A stretch of DNA of 39,513 nucleotides from a virus (Duplodnaviria; Caudoviricetes): the IMG/VR virus record IMGVR_UViG_3300014167_000269, positions 1-39,513 of that record; one strand, 5' to 3'. Below, piece after piece: positions 37,201-39,513 of this stretch. Made by a program: the position numbers and the translations under genes. The notes beneath the pieces were generated by a model. It worked only from the letters and a program-made list of their open reading frames with translations, did not search any database and had not been told where the DNA came from. Positions within the stretch are counted from its first letter, which is position 1, and each line of letters opens with the position of its first letter.

Positions 37201-37873
37201 CGCCTATGGCACTGCCGCAGGTGTGCCGACGCCTGGCGATCCAATCAATTTCAAAAAGCAGGACGGGAGCACCTTCGCCTGCACCGCGCTCTCACAAGCA
37301 GGCTCTTCGTTGACCACTACGTTCTACGCAGTGCTCAATCGCCTGGCAGACGCGCCCTATTGGCTGACGAGCTATTCCGCTGTGTTATCGGCAATTGGAA
37401 ATGGCCACGTCCTGATTGGCTCCGTGACAACGCCCGCTGCGGGCGGGTCGGGCGGTACAACCGGCGGCGGAGGAGGCACAAGCGGTGGTGGCGGAGGCCT
37501 TCCTCCCGGTGGCTGCTTCAGTGGAAACGTACCGATCAAGCTGATCGATATGTTCCAGCGCTTCGACGAGCTTCCATCGTTCGTGTACATCGAGAACGAA
37601 ACCGGAATCCATCTCGCCGAGCTGCTGATTCACGATCACGACGGACCGATGATCGACTTTACCGGCAACGGCGAACTGGTGACTCCGGAGCATTTGATCA
37701 AAGACGGTATGAAGTGGACGCCGGCCGCGCTCTTCTATAAGGACTGCAAGATCGTCCGCTTTACCGGGAAGGTTTACAACCTGCACGTCCTGAGCGAGAA
37801 CCCAGAGGACCGTCACTACGGGCTATGCAATGGCGACATCGCCCACAACGAAAAGATGATTCCGCAGCTTTAG
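34220..37873 (+). CDS. tail-tip/central fibre protein (GTA g15/gpJ-like) with CBM-like insertion and C-terminal Hint domain
   Basis: 'SSVYGVVLPTIRGTNRV', 'ELISY...YQLTSLQRGVYGT...H', 'FKATSFN'; Hint motifs at the C-terminus. Confidence 0.9.
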   Translation: MTMFGSNAKTAPSISTLRAQSSVYGVVLPTIRGTNRVPAKMIDWTDFTAIGQQQSVGGKGGGGNITNYIYQAAVDLALAMTQGCVRIGMIWDGQGEYGNGQMIEQITIPAGVPGSYTPVGATDEDYLADVGVSLITTEEVWVPAYDPTSGLPQSGGAPGVGDGYYETQNVYTPMTRVGGSNPGQGQYSITGSGTSLAYLFNSADAGKDAKLVYALSVNIAQEFTFFPGSRPQSPWAYMLGRYPSRALAYAGTCHVAAEAFQLGSSGTLDNLNFELVGPGVFGGGIQDAGIDQCIHLVTDDPDGGCGFPTALIGDLTAAIAYCASAGIFFSPICDRQQTAASYLQDYCDAANLAVCWNDGFLKFIPYGDTPLAGNGFTYVPDLTPIYDLDDDDFQAEDDEPPLKIEREDPETLTNIIEIDILDRALSYNTHPIKDRDSALIFRFGPIPASARKYDFICDVNVGAIVANHIRLRTTQIDVLSITFKLGSQYELLEKMDIVTITCLEAGWVKKPFRLKESDEDPETGETEWTAEPVMWGSCNATLYPKQPPGGGSTQRDAAPGSILPPIIFEAPDPLMPQGQYQLWLGLCGALNLLNNPGFENAPAPGSGDIADGWYGQSVAPGFYVGIETGIGESYSGESDLYISPCHRGAPLVVAANSTSYAAIFSRTTFPVSSGQRYLMSCWANIQASDPLNGISALAFLDGRINFSDGSYQDFSSNVLTGAAIGTGWQQLNGTFTVPAAPAGKTITGMNVFVWVQLVNGTGAPITLNGCPFDVRVDCAMLALLSAEDTTWGGCHLYASSDGNTYKQVGQQSGPSRMGVLLADFPALSPAVAGLDAANTLSVDLSESGGMMLSGTAADRDSFRTLCWVEGANGLYELISYMTATLVSGNQYQLTSLQRGVYGTPVLDHPAGMRFLRCDDAITKLTFSASDVDQAAYFKATSFNQYGLAEEALSAVTEYQYGLQGLFNNSGQIVANDGTVDYDSTTLSSSGVTIRAYGTAAGVPTPGDPINFKKQDGSTFACTALSQAGSSLTTTFYAVLNRLADAPYWLTSYSAVLSAIGNGHVLIGSVTTPAAGGSGGTTGGGGGTSGGGGGLPPGGCFSGNVPIKLIDMFQRFDELPSFVYIENETGIHLAELLIHDHDGPMIDFTGNGELVTPEHLIKDGMKWTPAALFYKDCKIVRFTGKVYNLHVLSENPEDRHYGLCNGDIAHNEKMIPQL
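37514..37849 (+). other. Hint (intein-like/BIL-type) autoprocessing domain, 112 aa
   Basis: Block A 'CFSGNVPI', block B 'VTPEHLI', block F 'VYNLHV', block G 'IAHN'. Confidence 0.85.
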
Positions 37874-37895
37874 AGGTATGAGGAGGGAGTTCAAG

Positions 37896-39170
37896 ATGAC
37901 CGCACGCAAGCTTTTGCTGATTACCCTACTGCTATCCATTTGTATGCCTTCGCTGGCGCAGGGTAGCGGTGGGGGACCATGGATCCCTCCTTTTATGACT
38001 GTTTCATCGACGGCGATTGAAGACCTTTCCGGCACGACGAACCTCGCGGCTGGGCAGGCGTGTTTTCTCGCGACTGATAACCAGGGCAATCCGATCTCAT
38101 TCGAAGGGGGATCGGGTGGTCAAATTATGCGCCGCGCGAAGTGCGTGACGGTGACGAACGGAGCGTTCTCCGTGGCGCTCCCGAATACCTCGGTCACAAA
38201 TCCCGTCAATCCCTGCCTCGCACTCACGGTCACTGATACGAGCAATGGCCAGACAGTGCTCGATAAAGGTTATGAGTGCCTGCAACCATCGCCGAGCGCA
38301 TACTGGTGCAGCCCAACTGCGGGTACCTGCGACCTCGACAACTTCACGCCGAATAACGCGCCGAACGTGGCTGTGACTGCAGGGCCGGTTGGGGCACCTG
38401 GTCCCGCAGTCACACTGACCATTGGCAGCGTTACTACCGGCGCCCCTGGAACCCCGGCAGCAGCTACGATCACCGGCACACCTCCCGCACAGACGCTAAG
38501 TCTGACGATCCCACAAGGCCCTCCTGGTTCAGTCAGCGGCTTCCGGCTGTTCACAGATTCCGGGGCACTTAGTTCGTGGCAGGCGACCGCCAACGTTCCC
38601 GTCAGCCTTAATACAGCGATCCGCTCGATCTCAATTACCACACAGGCTCCGTGGGTCGGGTGCAGTTCCCCTGCTACTGTCGCGCTGATTGATAACCTGG
38701 GCGACAACATGGGCTCAGTGAGCCTGGGAGCGACCTATAGCAAGGGAACGATACCCATAAATCTGTTTGTGGCGAACAGCAGCGAGACATGGGTAGCCGT
38801 GGTCTTTACCTCGGCCAACGGGTGCTCTCAGTACGCGACGGGTGTTCAGATCAGTGTGGATTTGGACACTGTGGTGATCACTGTCACTCCCGTAAGTCCA
38901 AGCGTAACCCGGAGCACAGCTCTGCTGGTCTCTGCGTTGGTGGGATACGGCTCTGATAACAACACGAATGCCTTTAGAACCACCTTTAATTCACCGATGA
39001 GCTGGAGTGTGGATGGAGTTGCTGGTGGAAACACCACGGTGGGGACGATTGGCGGCGGCGCACCTTACTTCCTCTATAACGCGCCTGGCTCGCCCGGCAC
39101 ACACACCATTACTGCTACTACCACATCAGGCGCACCTGCCACGGGCAGCGCCACGATCACGGTTAACTAA
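37896..39170 (+). CDS. signal-peptide-bearing fibre/adhesin-like protein with short collagen-like and Ig-like segments
   Basis: AGGAGG SD; 'MTARKLLLITLLLSICMPSLA|QG'; 'GPVGAPGPA...IPQGPPG'; 'WSVDGVAGGNTTVGTI...YNAP...ITAT'. Confidence 0.75.
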   Translation: MTARKLLLITLLLSICMPSLAQGSGGGPWIPPFMTVSSTAIEDLSGTTNLAAGQACFLATDNQGNPISFEGGSGGQIMRRAKCVTVTNGAFSVALPNTSVTNPVNPCLALTVTDTSNGQTVLDKGYECLQPSPSAYWCSPTAGTCDLDNFTPNNAPNVAVTAGPVGAPGPAVTLTIGSVTTGAPGTPAAATITGTPPAQTLSLTIPQGPPGSVSGFRLFTDSGALSSWQATANVPVSLNTAIRSISITTQAPWVGCSSPATVALIDNLGDNMGSVSLGATYSKGTIPINLFVANSSETWVAVVFTSANGCSQYATGVQISVDLDTVVITVTPVSPSVTRSTALLVSALVGYGSDNNTNAFRTTFNSPMSWSVDGVAGGNTTVGTIGGGAPYFLYNAPGSPGTHTITATTTSGAPATGSATITVN

Positions 39171-39180
39171 GGGTAGGCCG

Positions 39181-39513
39181 ATGAACGAAGAGTTTAATGA
39201 CTTCCGGAACCGGTACGTCGCAAAGCGGGCGCTTGCGAAGTACATTCGCATCAGGCTGGCGAGCGAGTCCAGGGGCATAGGGGAAAACGGCTTGGTGTGG
39301 CTGATCGATGTGGAACGGGCTCTTGATAAATTATGCGACTTGGATCGCGAGATCCTCGTTACCCGCCTGCTTGGTTACACGGTGCCGGAGACGGCGAAAC
39401 TTATCCAGAGGGGTAACACCACGGTCGAGCGGAGGTCCATGCGCGCCGAGCGCCAACTCGCCGATGCATTCCTGGCTAACAACATTATTTCTAAGTCATT
39501 GGTGCAGGCATGA
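39181..39513 (+). CDS. sigma70 region-4-like HTH protein
   Basis: 'DVERALDKL...DREIL...GYTVPETAKLIQRGNTTVERR'. Confidence 0.7.
   Translation: MNEEFNDFRNRYVAKRALAKYIRIRLASESRGIGENGLVWLIDVERALDKLCDLDREILVTRLLGYTVPETAKLIQRGNTTVERRSMRAERQLADAFLANNIISKSLVQA

Larger units (their letters stand above)
1..39513. mobile_element. Mu-like transposable (pro)phage with siphovirus-type, GTA-like tail; ends outside the window
   Basis: MuA+MuB pair, GemA-like gene, gp26/gp27-like genes before terminase, full head and tail module, no sheath gene and no integrase recognised. Confidence 0.95.

Noticed and set aside
37430-37512. GGC-rich stretch as a DNA repeat element
   Set aside because: Explained by the Gly-rich linker codons
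37514-37849. Canonical selfish intein in the tail gene
   Set aside because: No Cys/Ser/Thr after HN, only 7 residues of C-extein, and no homing endonuclease; treated as a BIL-like Hint domain instead
1-39513. Mu-type TG...CA ends and transposase binding sites
   Set aside because: Both edges coincide with stop codons; no end sequence is visible
34220-39513. Diversity-generating retroelement or invertible tail cassette
   Set aside because: No reverse transcriptase, template/variable repeat pair or invertase recognised
1-39513. CRISPR array, tRNA or rRNA genes
   Set aside because: No regularly spaced repeats or RNA-gene signatures seen; the sequence is almost fully protein coding
1-39513. Host assignment (Acidobacteria suspected from the style of several proteins)
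   Set aside because: Impression only; no host genes in the window and no search was possible

Overview
The window is an essentially complete coding region of a transposable (Mu-like) temperate phage or prophage, in the inverted B3/BcepMu-type layout. The leftward early operon (11933->1) encodes Ner/Cro-like HTH proteins, a MuA DDE transposase, a MuB AAA+ ATPase, over 20 small accessory genes and a GemA-like gene. A 44-bp divergent switch separates it from a rightward S24-type repressor and one moron. The rightward late region (13616->39513) carries lysis genes, terminase, portal, MuF, a fused protease-scaffold-capsid gene, neck, a non-contractile tail tube, a frameshifted chaperone, tape measure and a GTA-like tail-tip module. 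Both window edges fall on stop codons, so the transposon ends are not visible. The most unusual features are: (1) a C-terminal Hint (intein-like) domain on the tail-tip protein, right after a Gly-rich linker ending GG; (2) two Cys-paired proteins with apparent Sec signal peptides in the head-decoration and tail-fibre gene slots; (3) a nested start inside the protease-capsid fusion; (4) two small candidate anti-defence sponge genes in the structural operon; (5) a papain-like protease in the lysis cassette; and (6) a MuF-like moron behind the repressor. All family calls come from motif recognition by eye; no searches were run.
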